Source: Elusimicrobiota bacterium
GTDB taxonomy: Bacteria > Elusimicrobiota > Elusimicrobia > 2-02-FULL-39-32
Length of the DNA: 64,000 nucleotides
Assembly (NCBI GenBank): GCA_016180425.1
Contig: JACPBF010000001.1
Span: 76,744 to 140,743, forward strand
Direction of reading: 5' to 3'
The notes beneath the pieces were generated by a model. It did no database searches and was not told where the DNA came from. It saw only the letters and a list, made by a program, of their open reading frames with translations. The position numbers were made by a program, and so were the translations under genes. Below, piece by piece: positions 49,042 to 58,837 of this stretch. The stretch's first letter is position 1; every line of letters starts with the position of its first letter.

Positions 49042-50588
49042 AAATTCTATTTATTTTCTACAATATCGGCAGTAGTTTTAGCTTCCACCCCGGCATTCAA
49101 ATGCTCTCCTCCATTGCCAAAAAAAATGGCCATCAAACGAAATTGCTTCACCTGCACGAATCCCATGGCCTCCCCGCTCAACCGGGGGCCTTAAAAACTT
49201 TAATTGAACGTTTTATTCCTGATGTCATCGCATTCACAGCTACTGATTTTGAGTACCTAAAGATTGAAAAATTAGCCGGGAATTTAAAAAAATTCTATCC
49301 GAAAAAGTTCTTTATTCTTGGAGGAAAATCCGCAATCCTTTATAAAGATTTAATTCAATCCCCTTTTGATGCCTTTTGCGTAGGGGAAGCAGAAATTGAA
49401 TTTCCTGAGCTTTTGAAAAAAATTGAAGAAGGAAAAGACTATACCAATGTTAAATCTTTTCACTTTATAAAAGATGGAAAACTTATCAAAAACAGCCTTG
49501 GTGAAATCGTAACTGATTTAGACAGTCTTCCCTGGGCCGATTATGAACTATTTGATACTCCCCTTTTATTAAGAATTAAAAATTATATACTCTCTGTCCA
49601 ATTTACCCGAGGATGTCCTTACAACTGCACTTATTGTTTTGTAACTAGTGATAAAAAGACTTTATTTCAACCCAAAGAAGGTTATGGGATGAAAAATTAC
49701 CTCCGCAAACGCTCTGTGCCTTCTGCAATTGATGAACTGGAAAGTCTCTGTAACCAATATGGAAAAGAACTTAATGCCTTTAACCTGGATGATGAACTGC
49801 CGTTGGTCTATAAAGATTGGATGAAAGAATTCTGCCGGCTTTATCAAGAAAGGATTTATAATAAATATAGGGTAGAATATATCCTCAATGGCAGGATTGA
49901 CCTTATGACAGAAGAACTAATAAAAACTCTTACAGAGAGCGGTTGCAGAGAAGTCCGTTTAGGTCTTGAATCCGGAAATTACAGAATCAGAAAGGAGATA
50001 TTAGATAAACCGATCACAGATGAGAACATAAGGGATGTATTCAGGCTGTGTGACCAATATTCCTTAAGGGTTTCTGCTTTTACTATGATTGGCATGCCTA
50101 CGGAAAGCGAAGAGACTATTTGGGATACCTTACGGATGACTTCTGAAATTAAACCCTATCTAGTCCGATTGACTTTCTGTTATCCTTTTGAAAATACGCG
50201 CCTTTGGGACTATGTTCTAAGAAATAATCTCCTGCGAAAAGAACGATACCTAAAACAATCCGGCTATTTTGAGGAAACCGTCCTCTCCTTTGATCAAGAA
50301 TTTGAGCAAAAGCTCATGGCGTACAGATTTCTATTCCCATGGTACGTCAATAAAATCCTGATTCAGAGTAGGTGTCTCCAAAAAGCGTATGAAGAGGCAC
50401 TAAAAAAATATGAGCATAAAAGTTTTAGAGACAAGGCGGTGCGGGAGGCAATCTTAAGCGATGACAAAGCCTTAAGCGCCCTCTGTGACCAAAACAAAGG
50501 AACTGAACATTATTGCTATTTTGAAAAAAACGCATATTACTTTCATTGCAAAAACAAAAGAGTTCCGCGGACAAAAAACAATGATTAA
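49038..50588 (+). CDS. Cobalamin-binding radical SAM protein
   Basis: VGEAE, RGCPYNCTYC, GLESG, IGMPTES. Confidence 0.87.
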   Translation: MKILFIFYNIGSSFSFHPGIQMLSSIAKKNGHQTKLLHLHESHGLPAQPGALKTLIERFIPDVIAFTATDFEYLKIEKLAGNLKKFYPKKFFILGGKSAILYKDLIQSPFDAFCVGEAEIEFPELLKKIEEGKDYTNVKSFHFIKDGKLIKNSLGEIVTDLDSLPWADYELFDTPLLLRIKNYILSVQFTRGCPYNCTYCFVTSDKKTLFQPKEGYGMKNYLRKRSVPSAIDELESLCNQYGKELNAFNLDDELPLVYKDWMKEFCRLYQERIYNKYRVEYILNGRIDLMTEELIKTLTESGCREVRLGLESGNYRIRKEILDKPITDENIRDVFRLCDQYSLRVSAFTMIGMPTESEETIWDTLRMTSEIKPYLVRLTFCYPFENTRLWDYVLRNNLLRKERYLKQSGYFEETVLSFDQEFEQKLMAYRFLFPWYVNKILIQSRCLQKAYEEALKKYEHKSFRDKAVREAILSDDKALSALCDQNKGTEHYCYFEKNAYYFHCKNKRVPRTKNND

Positions 50589-50600
50589 AACTCTCATCTC

Positions 50601-51533
50601 ATGCGAATTTTAATCACCGGCTGTGCCGGTTTTATTGGGAATAGCTTTGCACGACTTCTGTTGCAGAAAGGGCACACCATCACAGGTATTGATAATTTTC
50701 TACTGGGCTCCAAAGGTTCAATTTCAGATATCTTGAAACACCCCCGCTTCAAATTCATTAAAGCAGATTTACTTGAGCCAAAAAAAATCAATGGGCATTT
50801 TCAAAAACAAGAGCTTGTCATCCATCTAGCTGCTAACTCTGATATTAAAAAAAGTCTTAAAGAAAGGGACCTTGATCTTAAATTAAATCTTCTAACAACG
50901 TTTAACGTGCTTGAAGCTATGAGAAAAAACAATGTTAAAAAAATAATTTTTTCTTCCTCATCCACTATCTATGGAATTCCAAACACAGCGCCGACAAAGG
51001 AAGGCGATGGGCCTTTCCTTCCCATCTCCCTTTATGGAGCCACTAAACTTGCCTGCGAAGGAATGATTGCAGCATTCTCTCATCTATTTCATATCCAGGG
51101 CTGGATATTCCGATTAGGGAATGTGGTCGGAAAGAGGTTGACCCACGGCGTAATTTACGATTTTATAAAAAAACTAAAGAAAAACGATAGGCTGTTGAAA
51201 GTATTGGGAAACGGCCAACAAAAAAAATCCTACTTCTATCTAGAAGATTGTTTGGAAGGGGTATGGTTCGGTTTTAACAAATCGCGAAAAAAAATGAATC
51301 TTTTTAATTTAAGTTCTCCTGATAACATGAGGGTTAAGGAGATTGCTGAATTGACAGTAAAACATTTTGGCTCAAAGCATACTAAGATATCCTTTCAAAA
51401 ACAAAAAGAAGGCTGGAAGGGAGACGTCACAGAAGTATTTCTCAGTGTCAACAAAATAAAAAAACTAGGGTGGAAGGCGAAATATAAATCAAGGCAGGCT
51501 GTGGAAATGTGTTTAAACGATTTATGCAAGTAG
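50601..51533 (+). CDS. NAD-dependent epimerase/dehydratase
   Basis: TGCAGFIG, HLAA, YGATK. Confidence 0.92.
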   Translation: MRILITGCAGFIGNSFARLLLQKGHTITGIDNFLLGSKGSISDILKHPRFKFIKADLLEPKKINGHFQKQELVIHLAANSDIKKSLKERDLDLKLNLLTTFNVLEAMRKNNVKKIIFSSSSTIYGIPNTAPTKEGDGPFLPISLYGATKLACEGMIAAFSHLFHIQGWIFRLGNVVGKRLTHGVIYDFIKKLKKNDRLLKVLGNGQQKKSYFYLEDCLEGVWFGFNKSRKKMNLFNLSSPDNMRVKEIAELTVKHFGSKHTKISFQKQKEGWKGDVTEVFLSVNKIKKLGWKAKYKSRQAVEMCLNDLCK

Positions 51534-52216
51534 TCATTTTATGCGGGGGAAGGGGAAAACGTTTGCGCCAGATGACAAAACGAACTCCCAAATCGCTCAT
51601 TCTAATTAAAAGAAAACCATTTTTAGAGTATGTGATTGAATTTTTAAAAGATCAGGGGTTTAAAAATTATATGTTTTTAACCGGTTACATGGGAAGCAAA
51701 ATCAAAAAATATTTTTCCAATGGCAGACACTGGGATATCAAGATAAGATACAGCCAGGAAAGATTGCCCTTAGGGACCGCCGGCGCCCTGAAAAAAGCAA
51801 AGGATTTATTGGACCAAGAATTCCTATTATTGTATGGAGATTCTATATTGAAAATAAACTACCTTTCCTTGATTAACGATTTCAAAAAGAATCGTTCTCT
51901 TTTAGAATTGGCGATTTACAAAGACCAGAAGAAACTCACTTACGTACCCTCTAACATCTGTTGGAATAAAAAAACCCACAAGATACTAACCTATTCTAAA
52001 GCCAACCATTCCCGATGTGATTATGTGGATGCCGGTGCCATGGTGGTCTCTAAAAAAATAATTTCTCTATTTCCGGATCAAACTATTTCCCTAGAAAACG
52101 AAATATTTCCGATTTTGATTAAAAAAGGAATGTTGAGGGGCTTTAAGGTTCCTGTACCATTTTACGATATTGGAACCCCGGAAAGACTCCAGTCTTTCCG
52201 GAAAATTGCAGAATGA
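51524..52216 (+). CDS. Sugar-phosphate nucleotidyltransferase (HddC-like)
   Basis: ILCGGRGKRL, PK, LGTAGAL, YGDS, DIGTPE. Confidence 0.85.
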   Translation: MQVVILCGGRGKRLRQMTKRTPKSLILIKRKPFLEYVIEFLKDQGFKNYMFLTGYMGSKIKKYFSNGRHWDIKIRYSQERLPLGTAGALKKAKDLLDQEFLLLYGDSILKINYLSLINDFKKNRSLLELAIYKDQKKLTYVPSNICWNKKTHKILTYSKANHSRCDYVDAGAMVVSKKIISLFPDQTISLENEIFPILIKKGMLRGFKVPVPFYDIGTPERLQSFRKIAE

Positions 52217-52266
52217 TTGTCTCTAAAACCCCTCTTAGAATAAGCTTTGCAGGCGGTGGCACATAA
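52213..52266 (+). pseudogene. 17-codon relic of a GHMP sugar kinase (HddA-like)
   Basis: MIVSKTPLRISFAGGGT*; ATGA overlap with the upstream gene. Confidence 0.8.
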
Positions 52267-52268
52267 GC

Positions 52269-53627
52269 ATGCGAAAAAAAATTACGATATCACTCCTTAT
52301 TGGTACTGACATTATTTTGATGTATCTAGCACTTAGTTTGAGTTTATGGATCAGAAACGGAATGATCTTTCAATTTCAATATTTAAAAAATATAGCTTTT
52401 CATTTTTCAATAATTTACTGCTGCTGGATCTTATATCTGTATCTATTGGATGGTTATGAAATTCCAACCATCATAAAAAAAATTCAACTAATCTCCAACC
52501 TCACTATTTTTTTATGCCTGGCAAATCTCACGGGTATCGCCTACTTTTATTTGTATGCTTCAGCTAGAATTACTCCCAAAACAATACTATTTTTAAATAG
52601 TTTTTCGTTCTGCATTTTTTTGGCACTATTCCGTTACGGCGTCTATTTTTTATCCAAAAATTTTAAGGAAAAAATTATATATATCGGACTGGACAAAAAT
52701 CTGCTTGAACTGCCTTTAGAAACTATTTCAAAAACCGGCTACGAGATAGTTACAGTTTTTAATCCGGATCAAATTAAAACCGCTGAATTAGAAGAGTGGC
52801 TTACAAAAATACCAACATTGACCGCTGACATCTCAAAATTAAAAGCGCAAATTGAAAAGGAACATATCCATATCGTTGTCCTCGCGCCTAAGATAAGAGA
52901 GTGCCCAGAAATGGTTCAAAAAATTTATAGTGACCTGCCTCCCTGCCTTCACTATATCAGCTTCGATCATTTTTATGAAACCCTTACTAAAAAAATATTG
53001 TTGAGTTCTATCAATAAAATTTGGTTTTTAGAAAATATCTCGAGCCATAAAGAAAAATTTCCGGCCTTTATTAAACGGAGTATGGATATACTACTTGCGT
53101 CTTTGGGATTAGTGGTTACTATTGTTCTACTACCCTTGATTGCACTATCAATAAAAATGAACAGCAGAGGAACTATTTTTTATTCACAAAAACGAATTGG
53201 CAAAGATAGCAAGGTATTTATATTACATAAATTCCGAACGATGCGATTCAATGCAGAGGAAAACGGGCCACAATGGACAATCCCTAATGATTCTCGTGTT
53301 ACAATAGTTGGTAAAGTCTTACGAAAGTTTTATCTAGATGAACTTCCACAATTCTTTAACGTTTTAAAAGGGGATTTATCTATGGTAGGTCCAAGGCCGG
53401 AAAGACCGGAGTTTGTGGAACAACTTAAAAACAAAATCGCTTTTTATGAAATCCGCCATCTGGCAAAACCAGGACTCACAGGCTGGGCGCAAGTAAACTA
53501 CCCTGCTTCCAGCACTATTGAAGAAACAAAGGAAAAGTTCTGTTATGACCTCTATTATCTCAAAAACCGATCCCTACTTCTGGATATCAATATTTTACTA
53601 AAAACATTCCAGACAATATTATCATAG
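52269..53627 (+). CDS. Priming polyprenyl-phosphate sugar-1-P transferase (WcaJ/WbaP-like)
   Basis: KRSMDI, KFRTM, DELPQFFNVLKGDLSMVGPRPERP, KPGLTGWAQV. Confidence 0.92.
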   Translation: MRKKITISLLIGTDIILMYLALSLSLWIRNGMIFQFQYLKNIAFHFSIIYCCWILYLYLLDGYEIPTIIKKIQLISNLTIFLCLANLTGIAYFYLYASARITPKTILFLNSFSFCIFLALFRYGVYFLSKNFKEKIIYIGLDKNLLELPLETISKTGYEIVTVFNPDQIKTAELEEWLTKIPTLTADISKLKAQIEKEHIHIVVLAPKIRECPEMVQKIYSDLPPCLHYISFDHFYETLTKKILLSSINKIWFLENISSHKEKFPAFIKRSMDILLASLGLVVTIVLLPLIALSIKMNSRGTIFYSQKRIGKDSKVFILHKFRTMRFNAEENGPQWTIPNDSRVTIVGKVLRKFYLDELPQFFNVLKGDLSMVGPRPERPEFVEQLKNKIAFYEIRHLAKPGLTGWAQVNYPASSTIEETKEKFCYDLYYLKNRSLLLDINILLKTFQTILS

Positions 53628-53630
53628 AGT

Positions 53631-55541
53631 ATGCGCCTGAAGATGTCTCAAAAACAGGAAAATTTTCTATTGTCAGCCATTAAGCTCAATGCAGCTCTCA
53701 TCTTAATTTGCCCTCTGATCATTACTAAATCTGTTTTTTTTCCTTTTACCTTTCCAAAGGTAATTTTCTTTAGAATTTTTTCTGAAATCTCCCTTGCCAT
53801 CTGGCTATTATTACTAATCCAAAAAGGAAAAAACTGGATCAAATGGAAACATCCCATCCTTTTAAGCCTTGGCATTTTCATGCTAACCATGCTCCTTAGC
53901 ATCTGGTCTAGTGTTGATATATTTCAATCGTTTTGGTCCAGTCAAGAACGGATGACAGGAATTTTAACATTTATGCATTTATGGGCATGGACCATGACTC
54001 TTACTTCATTGATGGAATGGAAAGATTGGAAAAGACTGTTTTTAGCTTCCATCTTAGTATGTTTAGCTGTAGAATTCATTGGTCTGGAAGAATTTAAGGG
54101 GATTTTTAATCTAGGCGCTCCCAAAAGTATGCGCATCTTTTCAACTTTGGGAAATCCGATTTATCTTAGCGTTTACTCTGTCTTAAATCTTTTCTTAGCG
54201 CTTTTTATTGCCTTTAGAGAAAATAAGCCGGGTTGGTACTTATTTTCAATTCTGTTTTCTACTTTAAATCTATCTATTGCTGCTTTAACAGGGTCTAGGA
54301 GTGTTATTTTAGCAATCATTGCTTCCATAACTGTGTCTCTTCTCGTCTTTTTGCTCGTCTTAAAATCAAAAAGAATAAAGATAGCTATCTTAAGTATTCT
54401 CATTTTATCCCTCTCCTCAGCCCTGTTTCTTTTTCTATGGCTCAATACGCAAAAAGGACAAAAATGGGCATATACAACTCTTCCTGACCCAATATTAAGA
54501 ATTATTTATAAGAAGACTAGTACGGATCGTTTTATTTTATGGCAAATAGGTTTAAATGGATTTAAAAAGAAGCCGATTTTGGGCTGGGGGTGGGAAAATT
54601 TTAATCTCATTTACCATAAATACTATGACCCTGATTTTAGAAAAAATCTAATAGAATCGTGGTATGACCGCTCTCATAACCAATTGATAGATATTCTAGC
54701 CTTGAACGGAATTATAGGATTTTTGGCATATGCTGCATTTTGGATAACGCTTCTATTCAATCTAATCAAAAAATTAAAGGATGAGGTGGATTACAAAAAA
54801 CAATGTTCCATTCTCACGCTTATTTCAATGTTTACCTTTTACTTTATTCAAAACCTGTTTGTTTTTGATTCACCTGCGACCCTGATCATTTTTTACTTTT
54901 CTATAGGACTTGTTTATTTCATTTTGAATGAAAAAAAATCTGAAATAAATAAAAAAGAATTAAGGCCTCATCGTCAGCAATTAAATTTAAGCGACCCAGC
55001 CTCAAAAGTTACATACCCAATCACATGTGCCCTGCTGGTCGCGCTTTTCATTCCTTGTATCTATTATTTCAATGTCCTGCCGTTCATCAAAAACAAGCTG
55101 GGGTTAAAAGCATATAAAACGACCTTCTCCAACTTTAATGACGGCATTGAACTCTTTAAAGAATCCCTGAACAGTTCTTCATTCACTAATCCTAAAATAA
55201 GAAATGAATTGGTAAAATGCGTTCTTTTAAATTTTAGTAACCCTAAAATATCTGGGGTTGATTTGAAAAAAGGGATTGATTTTGCGCTTCAGGAATCCAA
55301 CAGAAATGTTGAAGAGCACCCTTATGATATCAGCTATTATCTGGCAAGTGCTATTCTCTATCGAGTAGCTCATTCCTATGATCTAACCTACCTCGATAAA
55401 GCGGAGGAGTTAATGAAACAGGCAGAGCGCATTTCACCCAAACGGCCTGAAATTCAGGATGAAATAATAGAAGTTGCAAGACTTAAGGCGCTCTACAAAA
55501 AACAACAGGAGCTTCAATCTTTCCTTGAAAAAAAAGGATGA
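53631..55541 (+). CDS. O-antigen ligase / O-oligosaccharyltransferase-family protein with helical (TPR-like) tail
   Basis: STLGNP, TGSR, PILGWGWENF, DRSHN. Confidence 0.8.
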   Translation: MRLKMSQKQENFLLSAIKLNAALILICPLIITKSVFFPFTFPKVIFFRIFSEISLAIWLLLLIQKGKNWIKWKHPILLSLGIFMLTMLLSIWSSVDIFQSFWSSQERMTGILTFMHLWAWTMTLTSLMEWKDWKRLFLASILVCLAVEFIGLEEFKGIFNLGAPKSMRIFSTLGNPIYLSVYSVLNLFLALFIAFRENKPGWYLFSILFSTLNLSIAALTGSRSVILAIIASITVSLLVFLLVLKSKRIKIAILSILILSLSSALFLFLWLNTQKGQKWAYTTLPDPILRIIYKKTSTDRFILWQIGLNGFKKKPILGWGWENFNLIYHKYYDPDFRKNLIESWYDRSHNQLIDILALNGIIGFLAYAAFWITLLFNLIKKLKDEVDYKKQCSILTLISMFTFYFIQNLFVFDSPATLIIFYFSIGLVYFILNEKKSEINKKELRPHRQQLNLSDPASKVTYPITCALLVALFIPCIYYFNVLPFIKNKLGLKAYKTTFSNFNDGIELFKESLNSSSFTNPKIRNELVKCVLLNFSNPKISGVDLKKGIDFALQESNRNVEEHPYDISYYLASAILYRVAHSYDLTYLDKAEELMKQAERISPKRPEIQDEIIEVARLKALYKKQQELQSFLEKKG

Positions 55542-55555
55542 ATCGTATATCATAG

Positions 55556-57352
55556 ATGATCCAAATGAACCAAAAAGAAGAAACTGTGGAACTGCCAAAA
55601 GAGCTTTCGCACCAAGAGCTGCTTCACCGCTTAAGACACTCCTCTGCCCATGTGATGGCTCAAGCAGTGCAAGCGCTATTTCCCGGCACGCATTTAACCA
55701 TTGGCCCTCCGATTGAGGATGGCTTCTATTATGACTTTGATTCGCCTCATAGGTTTGTTCCAGAAGATTTAGAAAAAATTGAAAAAAAGATGAGGGAGAT
55801 TGTATGCAAAGATCACCCATTTTCCTGCAGCTGGCATGATAAAGAAGAAGCTAAAAAATTCTTTGAAGAACAAGGGGAAAAATTTAAACTTGAAATTCTG
55901 GATGGGATTGCAGATGAAAAAGTTTCCTACTACCATCACGATACTTTTATAGACCTTTGTGAAGGGCCGCATGTGGACTCCACAAAAAAAATTCGTTACT
56001 TTAAACTGCTTAAAATTGCCGGCTCTTATTGGAGAGGGGATGAACATAGGGAAAGACTGCAAAGAATTTATGGCACAGTCTGGACCACTAAAGAAGAGCT
56101 GGACTCCTATCTTAAAAGATTAGAAGAGGCTAAAAAAAGAGATCATCGAGAATTAGGGGAACGCTTGGATCTTTTTTCCATTCAACATGAGTCCGCTGGT
56201 TCTGGCATTATTTTCTGGCACCCTAAAGGCACATTAATTCGAGAGACTATTGAAAATGAGCTTAAGGCAACTTTAAAAGAAGCAGGATATTCCTTTGTTT
56301 ATACTCCTCATGTGGCTCGTTTAGATTTGTGGAAAACTTCAGGCCATTGGGATTACTACAGGGAAAACATGTTTCCTCCCATAGAAATTGAAAACCAGCC
56401 TTTTATCCTAAAACCCATGAACTGTCCAGGACATATTCTTATCTATAAAAACAAACTCCATTCCTATAGAGATTTGCCTATCCGCTTGGCGGAATTTGGC
56501 ACTGTCTATCGCTATGAAAGAAGCGGGGTCATGCATGGGCTATTGCGCGTGCGCGGATTTACTCAAGATGACGCGCATATCTTTTGCGCCATCGCCCAAA
56601 TTGAGGAAGAGTGTGTCCAAATTTTAAAACTCATGCTTCAAATATTAAAGAATTTTGGCTTCCATGATTATGATATTAAACTCTCAACCCGGCCAGAAAA
56701 GTTTAGCGGCACAGAAGAAAATTGGGAAAAAGCAGAGCTTGCTTTAAAAAACGCTCTCTCATCCTTAAATCTTCCTTATGAAATTGATCCGGGAGAAGGG
56801 GTTTTTTATGGACCAAAAATTGACCTTAAAATCCGGGACTGCCTCAATCGCCAATGGCAGTGTTCCACGGTGCAAGTGGATTTTAACCTGCCGCAAAAAT
56901 TTAATGTGACCTACCGGGATAGCTCTGGAAAAGAAAGCGCCTGCGTAATGGTGCATCGAGCTCTTTTAGGAAGTTTAGAACGTTTTATTGGCATTTTAAT
57001 TGAGCATTATGCTGGACTATTCCCTCTTTGGTTAAGTCCTGTGCAAGCCACAGTCCTAACCATCACAGAACAACAAATCCCCTACGCTCAAACCATAGTT
57101 AAAAAATTAAAAGAAGAAGGTTTAAGAGTGGAATCTGATGATCGTTCAGAAAAAATAAGTTATAAGATCAGGGAAGCGAGCATGCAAAAAATTCCCTATC
57201 TTTTAATTGTGGGAGAAAAAGAAAATAAAGACCAAACCGTATCTCTGCGCAAACAAGATGGAACCAATTTGGGAGTTCTAAATTTAGAACAGTTCCTGGA
57301 ACGTGTTAAAAAAGAGATAAAAGAAAGAGATTGTATGAAAATGAATTCTTAA
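55556..57352 (+). CDS. thrS: Threonyl-tRNA synthetase (short form without TGS domain)
   Basis: RHSSAH, DLCEGPH, KPMNCPGH, RVRGFTQDDAH, HRALLGSLERF. Confidence 0.97.
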   Translation: MIQMNQKEETVELPKELSHQELLHRLRHSSAHVMAQAVQALFPGTHLTIGPPIEDGFYYDFDSPHRFVPEDLEKIEKKMREIVCKDHPFSCSWHDKEEAKKFFEEQGEKFKLEILDGIADEKVSYYHHDTFIDLCEGPHVDSTKKIRYFKLLKIAGSYWRGDEHRERLQRIYGTVWTTKEELDSYLKRLEEAKKRDHRELGERLDLFSIQHESAGSGIIFWHPKGTLIRETIENELKATLKEAGYSFVYTPHVARLDLWKTSGHWDYYRENMFPPIEIENQPFILKPMNCPGHILIYKNKLHSYRDLPIRLAEFGTVYRYERSGVMHGLLRVRGFTQDDAHIFCAIAQIEEECVQILKLMLQILKNFGFHDYDIKLSTRPEKFSGTEENWEKAELALKNALSSLNLPYEIDPGEGVFYGPKIDLKIRDCLNRQWQCSTVQVDFNLPQKFNVTYRDSSGKESACVMVHRALLGSLERFIGILIEHYAGLFPLWLSPVQATVLTITEQQIPYAQTIVKKLKEEGLRVESDDRSEKISYKIREASMQKIPYLLIVGEKENKDQTVSLRKQDGTNLGVLNLEQFLERVKKEIKERDCMKMNS

Positions 57353-57599
57353 GGAGCTTGAAATAAATTCTCTGACACTTTTCTATGAATCATTTAAACT
57401 TAAAATTAAGGGCAAAGACAAAAAGGGAACACTTCTACTTTGGTACAAAGATGATATTTCTAGAATTTGTCTAAAAATTAGCTTCACGATTTAATTTTGC
57501 TTATTGCTTTTTCCAGTAAAAAGATATAAAATTGTTACTCTTTTGAATTTAAAAAATAGGAGGAACTAAAAAGAATTAAGACATTTGAGGTGAAACAAA

Positions 57600-58115
57600 A
57601 TCTCTAAAAGTCTAGAACCGCGCATCAATGAAGAGATTCGCGCGCGTGAATTGAGGCTGATTGATGAAGATGGAACCCAATTGGGCATTAAATCATTAGC
57701 TGAAGCGCTTTCCTTAGCGCAAGCCCGAGGCAAAGATCTTCTAGAACTAGCGCCAAACGCAAACCCCCCAGTTGCTAAAATTGCAGATTTTTCCAAATAT
57801 CGGTATGAACGGGAAAAACGGATTAAGGAATCAAGAAAGCACCAAAAAGCGGGTTTAGTTAAAGAGATTAGGCTTCATCCTAGAATCTCGGAACATGATT
57901 TATTTACAAAAATTAATCATACCAAAGAGTTCCTGACCCACAAATTTAAAATAAAGGTTACGGTTGTGTTTAGAGGAAGAGAGATGGAACATCGGCAGCT
58001 TGGGATAGAACTGCTAAATAAATTCAAAGAAAGTTTGGATTCCAAATTCACCTTAGAACAAGAGGCTCAAATCGAAGGCAATAGAATGTCTGTTTTGATC
58101 GCTCCCAAAAGATAA
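57600..58115 (+). CDS. infC: Translation initiation factor IF-3, non-canonical ATC start
   Basis: GAGGTG SD at 57587-92, ATC at 57600, in-frame TGA at 57591; reads ISKSLEPRINEEIRARELRLID. Confidence 0.9.
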   Translation: MSKSLEPRINEEIRARELRLIDEDGTQLGIKSLAEALSLAQARGKDLLELAPNANPPVAKIADFSKYRYEREKRIKESRKHQKAGLVKEIRLHPRISEHDLFTKINHTKEFLTHKFKIKVTVVFRGREMEHRQLGIELLNKFKESLDSKFTLEQEAQIEGNRMSVLIAPKR

Positions 58116-58120
58116 AATTT

Positions 58121-58318
58121 ATGCCAAAATTAAAAAATCACAGCGGCGCTAAAAAAAGATTCAGATTTACAGCCAATTTAAAAGTAAAATATAAAAAAGC
58201 TGGAGCAAGGCACCTTTTAGCTGGAATGTCTTCTAAAAGAGGCCGTTTCTTGCGTAAAGCCGGGTATCTTCAAAAGCAAGAGACAAATCTTATTAAAAAA
58301 ATGCTCCCTTATCATTAA
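58121..58318 (+). CDS. rpmI: 50S ribosomal protein L35
   Basis: MPKLKNHSGAKKRF. Confidence 0.96.
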   Translation: MPKLKNHSGAKKRFRFTANLKVKYKKAGARHLLAGMSSKRGRFLRKAGYLQKQETNLIKKMLPYH

Positions 58319-58330
58319 TAAAGGTTCATT

Positions 58331-58681
58331 ATGCGTGTAAAAAGCGGCGTTTATACCAGACAAAGAAAAAAGAAACTTTTTCGAATCTCAAAAGGATATT
58401 ATTCCAACCGCAATAACCGTTGGAGACAAGCGCTCCAACAAGTGGAACGATCTCTGCAATATGCCTATCGAGACCGCAAAGATCGAAAAGGAGAATTTAG
58501 GTCGCTTTGGATTATCAGGCTAAACGCAGCGGCAAGGATGTTTGGTCTTTCTTATTCACAATTCGTTCAAGGTTTAAAAAAAGCGAATATTGGCTTAAAC
58601 CGTAAAATGCTGGCTGAGCTTGCTTTAAAAGATATTCCGGTTTTTGAACAAATTGCGCAAAAAGCCAAAGCAGCGCTTTAA
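58331..58681 (+). CDS. rplT: 50S ribosomal protein L20
   Basis: MRVKSG, YAYRDR, FRSLWIIRLNAAAR, LNRKMLAELA. Confidence 0.97.
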   Translation: MRVKSGVYTRQRKKKLFRISKGYYSNRNNRWRQALQQVERSLQYAYRDRKDRKGEFRSLWIIRLNAAARMFGLSYSQFVQGLKKANIGLNRKMLAELALKDIPVFEQIAQKAKAAL

Positions 58682-58707
58682 AGTTCAAATTCACAGCGAA
58701 CTTTAAA
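58677..58707 (+). terminator. Hairpin after rplT (possible terminator)
   Basis: TTTAAAGTTC / GAACTTTAAA arms followed by T-rich sequence; the stem is AT-rich. Confidence 0.35.
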
Positions 58708-58837
58708 ATTTTAAAAATTTTTTCTATTAAATTAAAATATTTGGATTTAACCGAATATTGCGCTTATAACAACACTGCGCAATATTCAGATTTCTAACTC
58801 ACATTCAATTCTAAAACTTGCCCATCCTTAAAAAAGC

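Noticed and set aside
57353..57599. L20 leader or other structured RNA upstream of infC
   Set aside because: AT-rich with only weak imperfect inverted repeats; no recognisable motif by eye (an Rfam scan would be decisive)
58682..58837. T-box or pheM-type attenuator before pheS
   Set aside because: No T-box consensus or Phe-rich leader peptide; only two hairpins
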